Part shown: in pieces, positions 14,666-28,724 of the stretch
Layout of the letters: the number at the start of each line of letters is the position of its first letter
How positions within the stretch are numbered: position 1 is the stretch's first letter
Assembly (NCBI GenBank): GCA_951406725.2
Contig: OX597817.1
Location: 51,956,001 to 52,020,000 of the forward strand
Direction of reading: 5' to 3'
Source: Octopus vulgaris
Lineage: Eukaryota
DNA: 64,000 bases
Made by a program: the position numbers and the translations under genes
Notes under the pieces: model-generated
What the model saw: the letters and a program-made list of their open reading frames with translations, nothing else
What the model was told of the DNA's origin: nothing
The model's database searches: none

Positions 14666-15055
14666 GTGGAGGCGCAATGGCCCAATGGTTAGGGCAGCGG
14701 ACTCGCGGTCGGAGGATCACGGTTTCGATTCCCAGACCGGGTGTTGTGTGTGTTTATTGAGCGAAAACACCTAAAGTTCCATGACACTCCGGCAGTGGGG
14801 GTGGCGACCCTTGTTGTACTCTTTCGCTCCAACTTTCTCTCACTTTTTCTTCGTGTTTCTTGTCCCCGACTTCCTACGCAGCCGCTGAGCCTGGATACGC
14901 ATTCATCCATCCACCGATGCTCTCAGTGTGTGGGGTTGACCTGCTTTCTCTTCTGCGGGTCTTGCGAATAGCAAAGGACTTCTCCCACTTCAGACAATCC
15001 TGAGGCGCGATCTTGCGAGCTCTGGGACGAAGACCGCTTCGCTCAACAAACAAAC
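14666..15055 (+). mobile_element. SINE family 3, full length
   Basis: tRNA-like head, (CAAA)n tail, 14-bp TSD AAACAGCAACTACA. Confidence 0.85.
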
Positions 15056-15479
15056 AAACAGCAACTACAATACAACGGCAGTCACACATCACATCAGTGG
15101 GAGGAACCCACTTTACAACAGTTAAAAAATACTTGTAATGGGATCGAAACTAGAACAAAATGATGGCAAAGAGAATTTTTCACCATGTAGGCATGCTTGC
15201 AATACAAAAGCAGCATGATGCAGGTAACTATATTATTTTGTATAATAATTAAAGTGCTTGATTCCAATGACAGTTAATTAATGAGAGGCAATTAGTAACG
15301 TTCATTGTTATTAGATTTGCTTCTGATAATGTCAAACAGATTGGTCTGTTTATATTGTGTTTATATAGTCAATTGATATAGATTATTTGTATAGGGTTAA
15401 TATATATTGACAAGGTAGTATTAATAAAAATACTTTCTATCAGTAGTCAGCAATCGTGTGTAACTTAGGAACATTCCAG

Positions 15480-16127
<648 letters not shown>

Positions 16128-16462
16128 TCTCCGCTCTTATATCTAAAATAATTCTTCCGATTCTAATCAGTATATCACATAACCTTTATGCATTTCGTTA
16201 ATTCAATTTACATTTCTTGATTCCTGGGTTTTTTTCCTTCCCTTTCGTTTCAGCCATAAAGTATTTAATATTCATACAACTGCAAGTTGTTTGAAGCTTT
16301 TCTGTAGGAAAGTAACTCTAGGTTAATTAATCAAATTATATTATATACATTATTGGAGGAGAAAAAAGAAAACGTTTTGACAGGGATTATGAGAAATGTG
16401 TATATTAGAGTAATATGGCCGGGAGAGAATCACTTTTTGTCATCTTCATTAGCTGCGTAGAA

Positions 16463-16940
<478 letters not shown>

Positions 16941-16962
16941 ATGAACTTAGTTTTAAATTATT

Positions 16963-16963
16963 C

Positions 16964-16994
<31 letters not shown>

Positions 16995-17344
16995 TGTTTG
17001 AGCGTATGTTTGTGTGTGTGTGTGTGTCTATGCGTGAGCATGTGTTTGTGCGTATGTGAGTGTTTGTGTGCCGGTGGGTGCATGTGTGTGCGTCTGAGTA
17101 TGTGTGCGTGTATGTGTGTGCGCGTGTGTTTGTATGGGCGCGGTTTTTTGTATATCTGTGTTTGTGTGTGTGTGTATTTGTGCTTGTGTGTTGAAAGCAT
17201 GAGTGTGTGTGCATGTGCATATATATATAATATATATGTCTGTGTGTGTATGTGTGTGTATACATGTGTGTGTGTGTGTAGAGTATATATTTAAAGAGAG
17301 ACATGAATGCGTTGAAGGACATTTATGCGTTGATGTATATATCA

Positions 17345-17441
<97 letters not shown>
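16963..17441. repeat. Degenerate (TG)n microsatellite
   Basis: Directly visible. Confidence 0.9.
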
Positions 17442-17442
<1 letters not shown>

Positions 17443-17930
17443 GAAGGCGCGTAGCCTAGTGTAGCGTTTTTCGATCTATGGGTCCCGACCCTTCAATGGG
17501 TCGCGAGATAAATGAAATTAATCGCGACAAAGAAGTGTGAAATACGCTGCCCTAGTAGTTAGGCACTCGTACTCACGATTGCTAGATCGTGGGTTCGATT
17601 CCCTGATTGGGCGACGAGTTGTGTTCTTGAGCAAAACACTTCATTTCACGTTGTTCCGGATCCACTTTCGATCAGCGGGGGAATGTTGGCCTGCTCGCCT
17701 AGCCAGCGGTGTGGCGTCGTTTGATGGCTACTACAATGCAAAACGCATTGTGACAAGCGATGTGTAACAACATTTGATAGCATGGTCGGTCACATGACGT
17801 GTGATCACGTGATGAGTGTGTGTGTGTGTGTGTACGATGGGCTACGTTTCAGTTTCCGTTTTCCAAATCCACTCACAAGACTGAACCCGGAACCGTGTGG
17901 TTGGGAAACAAGCTTCTTACCACGCAATAC

Positions 17931-17984
<54 letters not shown>

Positions 17985-19257
17985 CGGACTTCCTCGCAGT
18001 TTCTGTCTACCAAATTCACTCACACAGCATTGGTCGACTCGAAGCTATGGTAAGAGAAAAAAACGCATACCGAAAATACCGCACAGTGGGACTGAACCCG
18101 AAATTACATATTAACAAAGCAAGCTTCTTAACCACACAGCCACACCTGCTCAAACACATACGAGCAACAGACATCGAAAATTCAAACCTTAGACCAGAGC
18201 CGCCCCTCGCAAACAAGTTTCAGTTGGTGTCATGCGTTCCGATAATTATTTTGGGTGCCGTTATAGTCGTGAATTGGAAAAAACTCTGGGTGCTCCTATC
18301 ATCAACTCAAAGGGACATCGAGAATGTGACAGCCGATGGAAGAGAAGACAGGCTCTCCGTCGCTTACGACGGTGCGTATTCGAGTTGATTCGATCATCGA
18401 AACTGACTTTTCGTGAAATTAATATGTAAATGGCTGAGAACTCCACACATATGCGCACCTTAAACGAAGCATTCAGGGAGATCCAACGTGACACGTGACA
18501 AAAGGCGGCGAGCTGACAGAAACGTTAGCACGCCGGGCGAAATGTTTATCGGTATTTCGTCTGCCGCTACGTTCTGAGTTCAAATTCCGCCGAGGTCGAC
18601 TTTGCCTTTCATCCTTTCGGGATCGATTAAATAAGTACCAGTTACGCACTGGGGTCGATATAATCGATTTAATCCGTTTGTCTGTCCTTGTTTGTCCCCT
18701 CTACGTTTAGCCCCTTGTGGGCAGTAAAAAAAATAAGACTGACAAAACTGCCCCTTTGAAAAACCGATACAGCTCGTTTTTGCCAGTTGAGTAGATTGTG
18801 GCAAGGTGACATAAAGTGACCTGCTCGTGGGCGGCATAAAGTCCAGGGCTCAGAATCATGGTCCTTACGATCGCGAGCCCAACACCCTAATTGCACGAGA
18901 CACTGATTAGAGTTTTGGGTTTGTATGTTGGATAAATTATAATTAAATATACCTGATGTGGACAACGAAACAATAGCAATCTATATCCGTGGATTTAGTA
19001 AAGAATTCTGTAAGAAATTCCGGGATCCTGATCGAATATGACAGATACCTGAAGACGGTAGAAGAATACAACGACCGAAATGTTGTGACTGTAACAAACA
19101 AGATATAAACATTAGTTATGATATATCAGTGTAATGTGGAGGCGCAATGGTCCAGTGGTTAGGGCAGCGAACTCGCGGTTGTAGGATCGCGGTTTCGATT
19201 CCCAGACCGGACGTTATGAGTGTTTATTGAGCGAAAACACCCAAAGCTCCACGACTT

Positions 19258-19579
19258 ATTCTATCGTTATTCCACGACTTATTCTATCGTTCACTTTTGC
19301 CGAACCGCTAACTTACGGGAACGTAAACACAGCACCATCGGTTGTCAAGTGATGTTCGGGGACAAACACAGACACACAAACATATACACACACATACATA
19401 TATATACACATATACGACGGGCTTCTTTCAGTTTCCGTCTACCAAATCCACTCTCAAGGCTTTGGTCGGCCCGAGGCTATAGTAGAAGACACTTGCCCAA
19501 GGTGCCACGCAGTGGGAATGAACTCGGAACCATGTAATTGGTAAGCAAGCTACTTACCACACAGCCACTCCTGCTCCTA
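19258..19579 (-). mobile_element. SINE family 1 (3'-truncated), abutting the 5' part of a family-3 SINE (19136-19253, +)
   Basis: Sequence identity to other copies. Confidence 0.8.
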
Positions 19580-19595
19580 AAAAAGTATGAGAATA

Positions 19596-19669
19596 TGGCT
19601 AGTATGGGGCTCGAACCCACGACATTCGCGTAATTAGTACGACGCTCTAACCAACTGAGCTAACCGGCC
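19596..19669 (-). pseudogene. tRNA-Ile(AAT) degenerate orphan copy
   Basis: 74 nt match to the cluster Ile gene with 3 substitutions: anticodon-stem A.C mismatch, A37T, acceptor-stem C.A mismatch. Confidence 0.85.
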
Positions 19670-19900
19670 CATGTGGTTAGATTGTCGCCGAAAAGACTCG
19701 CAAGATGGATTATTAAAGCGGAATCAACTGGTAGGCGACCTAGGAGGAGACCAAGAACGAAATGGCTGAATAATATCTATAGACTGTGTTGGTCACGCTT
19801 GGAAATCCGGCCAGGAAGAGTAATGATGATTGCTTCTGATAGAACCCTAAAGAGGAGATGCTTGAGGATTCTACTCCCACGAACCTCCCAGGAATAATGG
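19670..19900 (+). mobile_element. 3' fragment of RTE-like LINE
   Basis: HVVRLSPKRLARWIIKAESTGRRPRRRPRTKWL resembles the GHVxR..GxRxxGRPxxRW C-terminal motif of RTE-clade ORFs. Confidence 0.7.
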
Positions 19901-19917
19901 TTGGAGGAAATAGCCGG

Positions 19918-20051
<134 letters not shown>

Positions 20052-20480
20052 TAAGCTGCTCAATATTCGTTGGCTACGTTTCTGTATAGACCTCCAGTTG
20101 TGTAAAAACCTATAACACGTAGACTTTTAAGCTGATAAGGTGTGAGGAGGCCGAAACATGTCCGGAGTTACACCGTCCGACTAAAAAAAGATCGGATTTA
20201 TTCCCCACTGTATTTTATGTTAAATTAGTTCTAATTAATTTAATGTCAGTATTTTCCTTCCTCTCTCTTGGACACCGATTGGTTAATCTCACAAAGGGTG
20301 TAATTCACTTTTTAAAAAAGATCTCTTGGTTCACCATATGACGTATGTTCACGCCTACTTCATTGATAGACGTATATGATTCAGTCCTACAGTTTTCTTT
20401 TACCAAATCTGTTTCTATCCGTATTCCTAATCTATGCAATTGGACAGTTTCATTGTACGTGCCTACTTAAGTAAATGAGA

Positions 20481-20549
<69 letters not shown>

Positions 20550-20631
20550 GTATGTATGTATGTATGTATATATGTATGCATAAATATATATATGTGTGTG
20601 TATGTATATATGTATATATGTATGTATATAT

Positions 20632-20670
<39 letters not shown>

Positions 20671-21257
20671 CGCGCACGCGAAGGGACAGGAAGTTATTGT
20701 CAACTGGCGAAGATATCATTAAGATTGTGACTTTATTAAATTGTTTTACTTGTTTAAGGAATGAAATGAGAAACGTGACGATCGGCTGTTTGAAGATTCC
20801 CAACATTGGCTGCTTAGGTTTCCTGCAGTCCACGGCCCAGACCAAACGGCTTTGACTTTTTCTAATTAGTGGAGAGGTGCGGCCGCCATCTTATGCATGC
20901 AACGGATATAATAACGCACTAGTTTACATACACACACACACACACACACACAAAGCTCACACATACATACCCATACACACACACACTCACACGTGCACAC
21001 TCACACATACACGTGGATATATATAAGCATATATATAGTTACACATACGTACACATATATACATACAGTTACACACACACACACATACATACACACATAC
21101 ATACACATATATACATACAGTTACACACAAAAACATATACACTCATACAAGCGGAAATAATATGTGTGTGTGTACATATAGTTACACACACATACACATA
21201 AACATACGCATATATACATACGATTACACACACACACAAATACACACATATAAGCAG

Positions 21258-21341
<84 letters not shown>

Positions 21342-22311
21342 TATATAGTTACGCACACATACACACATATACATTCAGTTACACAAAAAACACACACATA
21401 CACGCACACACACACTTGCACTTACACATATATACACATACACAGGCACTTACATATACACATATACACACACATACATACGCATACACGCACACACTAT
21501 TAATCTTAATATACACACATCCAACCCAATATTAACAACACGGCCAAATAGTTATGGAAAGCACTTCGAAAACCACGGGCCTCAGGTTCGATCTAACTGC
21601 GCGGTATCTTCAACAAACGTATTTTATCATTTCTTTTCGAAAGATGAAATTGGGTAGGAGGAAACGGTGCGGAAACGGTGCGGAAGCGCGTCAAAACAGT
21701 GTGGTACAGTCCTTGAATTTGCAGCTCTCATTTCCAGGTGAGAATGCGATCGATAATGTGAATAAAATCGTTTTTCTTTGGAATAGAAAAAAAAAGTCTA
21801 TCTTTATTTCTTCTTTTGCTGGTGTCTCAGTGTTTCTCAAAGGGGGGGGCTATGGGACGGTCGGACAAGTTGTTTTGAGAAAATTTGGTTTAAATGTTTG
21901 ACAACTCAGCACCGTCCATTGGACGGGGGGGGGCATTTTGCTCGCATTCATATATATACATTAGTATTAATTATACATAGATATTATCGTAAGTACACAA
22001 AGCATAAAATAATAAATGACTTCATTAAGTCCTAATATTGATACTGCTATACACATTGTGATTAATCTTTTGTATACAGTGACAAAAGCAACACAAACCT
22101 TCGTTGAAACGACATAGCAGAAATACGATCAATCAGTGTAACCTACGATGTTCAACGAAGAGAAACCAGGTGATATACCAGGTGCGAAAATGGGTAAATT
22201 GTCGATAGCTTATGCTTTTAATTTTGCGCATACGCATTGTCTGTTTTTGATTTTGCCGACAACAGAGTATAGTAGGGTCGGTTGAGCACCGTCTGTCAGA
22301 AAAACAGCACC

Positions 22312-23163
22312 ATGACGCAATTCGCTCTACCAGAAATTTGGAAACGACATGCTGTACTGCTTGGTATTCGAACCGGAAGCTCCAATACGAACATTTCAGA
22401 GTGTTTGAGTTGCAATTTGAGAACAGTGCAGAGGATTCGGAAAGAGTTGGATGAGTCTGATGGTTATTACAAAGGTACGGTAGCTCGGAAAACTCACTTT
22501 GATCGTTCTGATAGGAAAAAAACTCCAGAATTTTTTGGTGAGATCCAGGCCATGAATGACAACGATCCCTCCAAGTCAATCAGGTCCATCGCCAGGGACA
22601 TGGGAGTGTCTGAGTTTCTTATCAGGCAGGTAGTGCATGAAGACATTTGATATTCCTCATACAAGATGAGAAAGGGCCAATTTTTATCCAAAGCCGTCAA
22701 GGACAAGAGAAAAGACCGCACTACGAAGCTTCTGAACAAACTCAAGCATCCCCTCCAACCGAACATATTTTGTTTTTTCTCAGACGAGAAAAATTTCTGT
22801 CAGGATCAGATGGAGAACACACAGAACAACCGTTGGCTTGCCCTGTCCCCAAAACATGTACCGAGTGTGATAAAAATCAAACATCCAGTTAATATCATGG
22901 TGTTTGGAGTGATCACTAGTGATGGTGACGCTATGCCTCCATTCATCTTCCCACACCGCTTCAGACTCAACCTGGAGGCCTACATCAAGTGCCTGGAGGA
23001 GGTAGTGCTGCCCTGAGTCAAGAGGGTGGCTGCTGGAAGACCCTATGTCTGGCAACAGGATTCTGCACCATGCCACACAAGCATGAGAACCCAGTCATGG
23101 CTGTCAGACAATTTCTGCAATCACATTACCCCTAATATGTGACCACCTAACTCCCCAGACTGA
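22312..23163 (+). pseudogene. Tc1/mariner transposase pseudogene, DD37D (maT)-like, 3'-truncated
   Basis: One frame with in-frame TGA stops (22648, 23014, 23139): HTH (SIRSIARDMGVS), FSDEKNF, WQQDSAPCH, (W)PPNSPD; spacing fits D37D; cut by a family-4 SINE. Confidence 0.85.
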
Positions 23164-23629
23164 AGGTGCGTGAAGGTGCGTAGCCTAGAGGTTAGGATGT
23201 TACATTCGAGATCGTCAGATCGTGTGTTCGATTCCCGGACCGAGCGGCACGTTGTGTTTTTGATTTTTAAAATATTCATTTTACACTGCTCCAGTCCACT
23301 CGGCTGTAAATGGGCCACCCTGCGATAAAATAGCCTTCCTATCAGGAGGGATGTTGACCTCCTTACCTAACCAGGGGGTGGCATCGTTCGAAAGCTATAA
23401 CTATGCAAAGCGCATTGTGACCAGCGTTGTACTACAACATCCGATAGTCTAGTCGATCGCGTGATCACATTTATTCTCAATTGTTGACGATTTGTGCGGT
23501 TATTAATGATTCTTTTAACTTTCACACTCAAATGATGTTCTTTGTTTCGGTTTGCCTCCATTTCATAAGCACATAGTGAGAAAACTCACCAATTAAGCCT
23601 CGCATCCAGGAATACCACCCATATTAAAC

Positions 23630-24010
23630 CAAACAAGAGCCATCAGAGAGCGCAAACCTCCGCCAAGGTAACACCAACGTCCTCTCAATGATTAACCGGA
23701 GATGATTTTTTTTTTTTTAATGAGAATATCTGAAATAAACTCGACTGCTCTCACAACCGAGAGTACTAAAAAGTGAACCCGACCGCTCTCAAAAATTAAG
23801 CTTAAAAAAGCAGGAAAAATAATCCAGAATCCTTGTCCGGTACTGGATCGATCCCAAAATCTAGTCAGTTCGTGCCAGTCATGAGGCCAAGCATCCCTGA
23901 AAGTTTCATCCAAATCCATCCAGCGGTTCTTGAGAAATCTTGTCCAGGGACAAACAAACAAACAAACGCGACTGAAAACAATACCTCCACCTTCGCTAAG
24001 GCGGAGGTAA
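23630..24010. mobile_element. Helentron/DINE-1-like non-autonomous element
   Basis: AACAAGAG start, repeated ACCTCCGCC motif, (ACAA)n microsatellite, terminal hairpin ACCTCC..GGCGGAGGTAA. Confidence 0.55.
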
Positions 24011-24059
24011 ATAACAAGTCTAATACCCAAGAATACCACTCTTATTAAATCAGATGATA

Positions 24060-24226
24060 ACTTATGTCTACCACCCATGGACAGCACCCGTATTAAAGTA
24101 GATGATACACGAAGTCTAATATGTCCCCGGATCGACTAAGACTTTGTGAGTGAATTTGATGGAAACTGTGTGGAAGCTCATCGTATATGTATGTGAGTGT
24201 GTGTCTTTGTGTCTGTGTTTGCCCCA

Positions 24227-24271
<45 letters not shown>

Positions 24272-25121
24272 CATACAGACTGTTTGACAACCGATGTGGG
24301 TTTGCTTACGATCCGTAGACTAGCTGTTCGACAAAAGACACTGATAGAATAACTACCAAACTTTAAAAATGAGTATTGAGTCCGATTTAGTCAGGTAAAA
24401 CCCTTCAAGGCGGTGCTCCAGCGTGGCCGCAGTCCAATGGCTGAAGCAAGTAAAATATAAAAGTAATAATGCATCGTAAAAAGCAATAATGCGGGAAGTA
24501 TGAACTCAACACTTGGCAAACGGTTTAACAATAGCGATGAATGGATTAACAAAATACTGATGCAGGGGAGACAACTTATACTGACAAATAAACAGCATAA
24601 GTACATGGGAAGTAACTCTTTAAGTCTTTTCTCTTCCACATATGAATCACATTTTTATTAATAACATTTTTACAGGAAGAAAAGGAAAATACTCATTAAA
24701 AGTATAAAACATCAAGGCGGAAGATGGTGGTGAGGGGTCAAGAGTTGTACACTGCAGAACAAATGGTTTGTTCGACCACGCTTTGTGGACATGAATGCAA
24801 AGGCGATGCCGCAGACAATGAGGCCAGTGACACTCGCTGCGACAGGCACCCTACCTTGTGGGCCGCGATTTTGTTTTTTGTTTTTTGTTTTTTTCTTTTT
24901 TTCTTTTTTTTTTTCCTTTGAGAGTTCTGGACACCAGTTATGAACATACAGCCAATCAGAGCCATTGGTCTGCGGCCACGCTGGAGCACCGCCTTGAAGG
25001 GTTTCAGCTGACTAAATCGGATTCAATATTTATTTTTAGTTTGGTAGTTTATTCTATCAGTGTCTTTTGTCGAACAGCTAGGCTACGGATCGTCACCCAC
25101 ATCAGTTGTCAAACGGTGTGT

Positions 25122-25152
<31 letters not shown>

Positions 25153-25320
25153 ATGGGGCAAACACAGACACAAAGACACACACTCACATACATACACGAT
25201 GAGCTTCCACACAGTTTCCATCAAATTCACTCACAAGGTCTTAGTCGATCCGGGGACATGTTGGACTTCGTGTATCATCTACTTTAATACGGGTGCTATT
25301 CATGGGTGGTAGTCATAAGT
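24060..25320. repeat. Long inverted repeat (arms ~24060-24443 and ~24959-25320)
   Basis: Arms are near-identical reverse complements, including ~65 bp of non-SINE flank. Confidence 0.85.
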
Positions 25321-26436
25321 AATGAACTCATTTGCATACAGCCAATCAGAGCTCACCATGAAAATCCACATACTGTGTATTACTACAGTACAGCCAGCCA
25401 GGCATGGAATGGTGTATGCTACTCTGTGAATACAGCATAGGTCTCACATAAGCACCACATTCCTCCCATCACCATCCTCGTAGATCAACTGAGCACCATC
25501 TCTATATGGAGCTAACAATAGGTACCAAGGCTCAAACTGAGATTAGTAATATTACATGTACCCATTGGTATATGCAAGGAGGGCGCAATACGACATAGCG
25601 CCATATTGATTACGATGTTCCCAGATCAACACCAACATTTTAAATTAGGAATGTACAAAATCAGTCAAAAAATTAGGAAACTACACTCATTTATATTTTC
25701 TATCAAATTACGCAAATTGGCAACCCCGAAATAATGAAAGGCAAAGTCAACCTCGGCGGAATTTGAGCTTAGAACGTAAAGACGGACGAAATGCCGCTAA
25801 GCATTTTGTCCAGCGTGTTAACAACTCTTACTTTTTACTACCCACAAGGAGCTAAACACAGAGGTGACAAACAAGGACAGACAAACGGATTAAGTTGATT
25901 ATATCGACCCCAGTGCGTAACTGGTACTTATTTAATCGACCCCGAAAGGATGAAAGGCAAAGTCGACCTCGACGGAATTTGAACTCAGAACATAAAGACG
26001 GACGAAATACTGGTAAGCATTTCGCCCGGCGTGCTAACGTGTCTGCCAGCTCACCGCCTTCTTCAATACATTAAAAGAAAACCAATCATGGAAATGGAAT
26101 TATGATTTAATTACTTTCTTAATTAGTGGGGGAGGCGTGGCTAAGTGTTTAAAACAGTAGATACCCCCGTCAACGATGCTATCCCTGATACCCATTATTC
26201 TGCTTGTTCCCCAATTCCCGCCCCTCAAACTTCACAGCTCAGCATCGTCTATACCAACTCGTGCTCCTTATTTCTAAAGTTCAGCGAACTATTTACACTG
26301 GCAATGCGTGATTCCCCTGATGTGATAGCTATCACCGAGACTTAGCTGACTCCAGCAGTAAAGGACTCAGAAATCCACCAAAGGGCTACGCCCTCTTCAG
26401 ATGTGACAGAGAAAAAAGCGAGGTGGAGGCGTTGCT

Positions 26437-27138
26437 GTGTATGTTAAATCTGATCTCAAACCGTCCAGCGGTATTCTACCCACTAATGCTCAACCTGCAA
26501 CAAAAGTCGATGCCGTCTATTGCAAGCTGAGCCTATCCGGGTTTTGCCTGCCCGTGTTAGCTGTCTACAGGCCGTCTCTTGCCGACCCCCAGGACGATGC
26601 TCATTTACTCGAAGCGATAAGATTCGTGTCAGCTTCTCATGACTGTTTGATATTAGGAGACTTCAACGCTCCCACGATCGATTGGCCCGCATCAATTTGT
26701 ACATCATCTTCCCGGTTCGGCCAGGCCCTTCTTGACGTGGCTGAAGATTGTTTTCTATCGCAACATGTTGAATATCCGACAAGGCATCGGTCTGAGCAGC
26801 AGCCATCTATGCTGGATCTGGTATTCTCCCGCTATCCAAGATCAGTGTCAGACGTATCTGTGTGCGCCCCTCTTGCCAAGAGTGATCATGCGGTCCTGAA
26901 GTTCGTCATGCACACAACTTTTTCTATGCCCACGACTACTTCGCTGCCACGTAGAGTCTTCTCTGCAATTAATCTTGAAATTCTAACCGAGGCTTCCGCG
27001 CTTCTGGACTGGCGATCCCTGATGACGTTGTCCTCAGTTGACGAACTATGGTCATCCCTCAAAGCATATGTAATCTGGTTGACTGACCAAGTTTCCCGTT
27101 TGGGCTTCCCAAGAAGAAGAAACACAAGCCCTGGGTGA
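26437..27138 (+). pseudogene. LINE ORF2 apurinic-like endonuclease segment
   Basis: VYRP, ILGDFN, LDLVF, SDH motifs; upstream IAITET in ORF 26145-26345; broken by a stop and frameshifts. Confidence 0.85.
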
Positions 27139-28724
27139 CGAAGAAGGTTAAACGAGAACTTCGACTCAGAGATATTGCTTGGGCTGAATTCAAAAATCTG
27201 GATTCGACTGCAGCTTTTGAGGTGTACAAAACTCAACGAGACCGAGCCGTGAAAACTGAAAAGGAAGAACGCTTCAGATATGAATACAAAATCGCGGCAA
27301 ACGCCAGTAGCAATCCAAAAACCTTCTTTGCCCATGTCCAACGGAATTCCCGCTTGAACAACCAAATTGCAACGTTGGTAGACTCAACAGGCGTATCGAT
27401 TGAGGACCCTTATCAACAGAGTCAATTATTTGCCGAGGCTTTTTCAACTATTTTCAAACAAGATGATGGTCATGAACCCCCTCCATTTGATAGATCGGTA
27501 CCTCCAATGCTTCGATTGGTCATCACGCGGGACGAAGTCGAACGCGTTATTCAAGGCCTCGATGTCAACAAGGGTCACGGCCCTGACGGCATACACCCAC
27601 GGGTTATCAAAGCGTTGGCTCCGGTCATCTGCGAGCCCTTAACACGTCTATTCAATATGTCATTGGCGACGGGTGTTATACCTGCGGACTGGAGAACAGC
27701 GATAATCTGCCCAATTTTCAAGAAAGGGAGCCGCGAAGACCCGCTTAACTACCGACCGGTTTCCCTTACATCAATAATCAGCAAGATGTTCGAAACCATC
27801 CTTAAGAAAAGTATGATGCTCCACCTCCAAAACACAGCCTCTATCTCTGATTCCCAACACGGCTTCGTGCCGAAGAGATCATGCTTGACCAACTTACTGG
27901 TAATGGAAGAATTGGTGACGCGCATCCTCGATGATAGTGATGCTGTTGACATCGTTTTATTGGACTTTGCCAAAGCTTTTGACTCGGTAAACCACCGCCT
28001 ATTACTTGTCAAGCTTCAAGCATATAGTTTCCATCCGGATATTGTACGATGGGTTGGTGCCTTCCTCTCAGATCGCTCCTTCCAAGTCCAAGTTAATGGT
28101 TCGCGGTCCGACGTCTCCAGTGCGAGCAGTGGCGTGCCCCAAGGTTCAGTGCTTGGGCCCTTATTGTTCTTAGTCTTCATAAATGACTTGCCCGACGACC
28201 TCACGCAACACACCCTTCTATTTGCCGACGATGTCAAACTGGTCGCTCCTCGCGGTGATATAGAGGATCTTCGTCGATGCCTCCACCAAATTTGGAGATG
28301 GTCTAACGAATGGGACCTGTGTCTGAACGTGTCAAAGTGCTGTCATCTGCCTGTTGGCTCTCCTCCTGCAACTCAACTTGATTTCGAGCCGGGTCGTCTG
28401 CTGCTGGAGAGGACCGATCAGGTAAAGGACCTGGGTATCTTGGTGGATTCCTCCTTTTCGCCTTCGGCCCAGTGCGTCCATGCTGCCAACAAAGCACGCG
28501 GAGTTCTGTTCTTGATTCGACGGTCATTCGGAATGCTCACAGCAGCCATATTCCTACCGCTCTATGTCACGCTGGTGAGACCCATATTGGAGTACGGGAT
28601 TCAAGCCTCTTCTCCTTATCTCCTCAAAGATATACATCATCTCGAAAGAGTCCAGAAGCTGGCTACCCGCATGGTTCTTGGTTTCAAGCATTTGTCTTAT
28701 GAAGAAAGGCTGAAGACGCTCTAG
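27135..28724 (+). CDS. LINE ORF2 reverse transcriptase segment (disrupted element)
   Basis: GPDGI, NYRPVSLTS, QHGF, LDFAKAFDSV, GVPQGSVLGP, FADD, KDLGI; C-terminus continues in another frame to ~29009. Confidence 0.9.
   Translation: MTKKVKRELRLRDIAWAEFKNLDSTAAFEVYKTQRDRAVKTEKEERFRYEYKIAANASSNPKTFFAHVQRNSRLNNQIATLVDSTGVSIEDPYQQSQLFAEAFSTIFKQDDGHEPPPFDRSVPPMLRLVITRDEVERVIQGLDVNKGHGPDGIHPRVIKALAPVICEPLTRLFNMSLATGVIPADWRTAIICPIFKKGSREDPLNYRPVSLTSIISKMFETILKKSMMLHLQNTASISDSQHGFVPKRSCLTNLLVMEELVTRILDDSDAVDIVLLDFAKAFDSVNHRLLLVKLQAYSFHPDIVRWVGAFLSDRSFQVQVNGSRSDVSSASSGVPQGSVLGPLLFLVFINDLPDDLTQHTLLFADDVKLVAPRGDIEDLRRCLHQIWRWSNEWDLCLNVSKCCHLPVGSPPATQLDFEPGRLLLERTDQVKDLGILVDSSFSPSAQCVHAANKARGVLFLIRRSFGMLTAAIFLPLYVTLVRPILEYGIQASSPYLLKDIHHLERVQKLATRMVLGFKHLSYEERLKTL

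Noticed and set aside
14416-15077. Possible short solo LTR (TGTTGTAT...ATACAAC) around the family-3 SINE
   Set aside because: No convincing TSD or terminal CA
25331-25350. Octamer ATTTGCAT plus CCAAT as an snRNA or histone promoter
   Set aside because: No snRNA or histone sequence recognisable nearby
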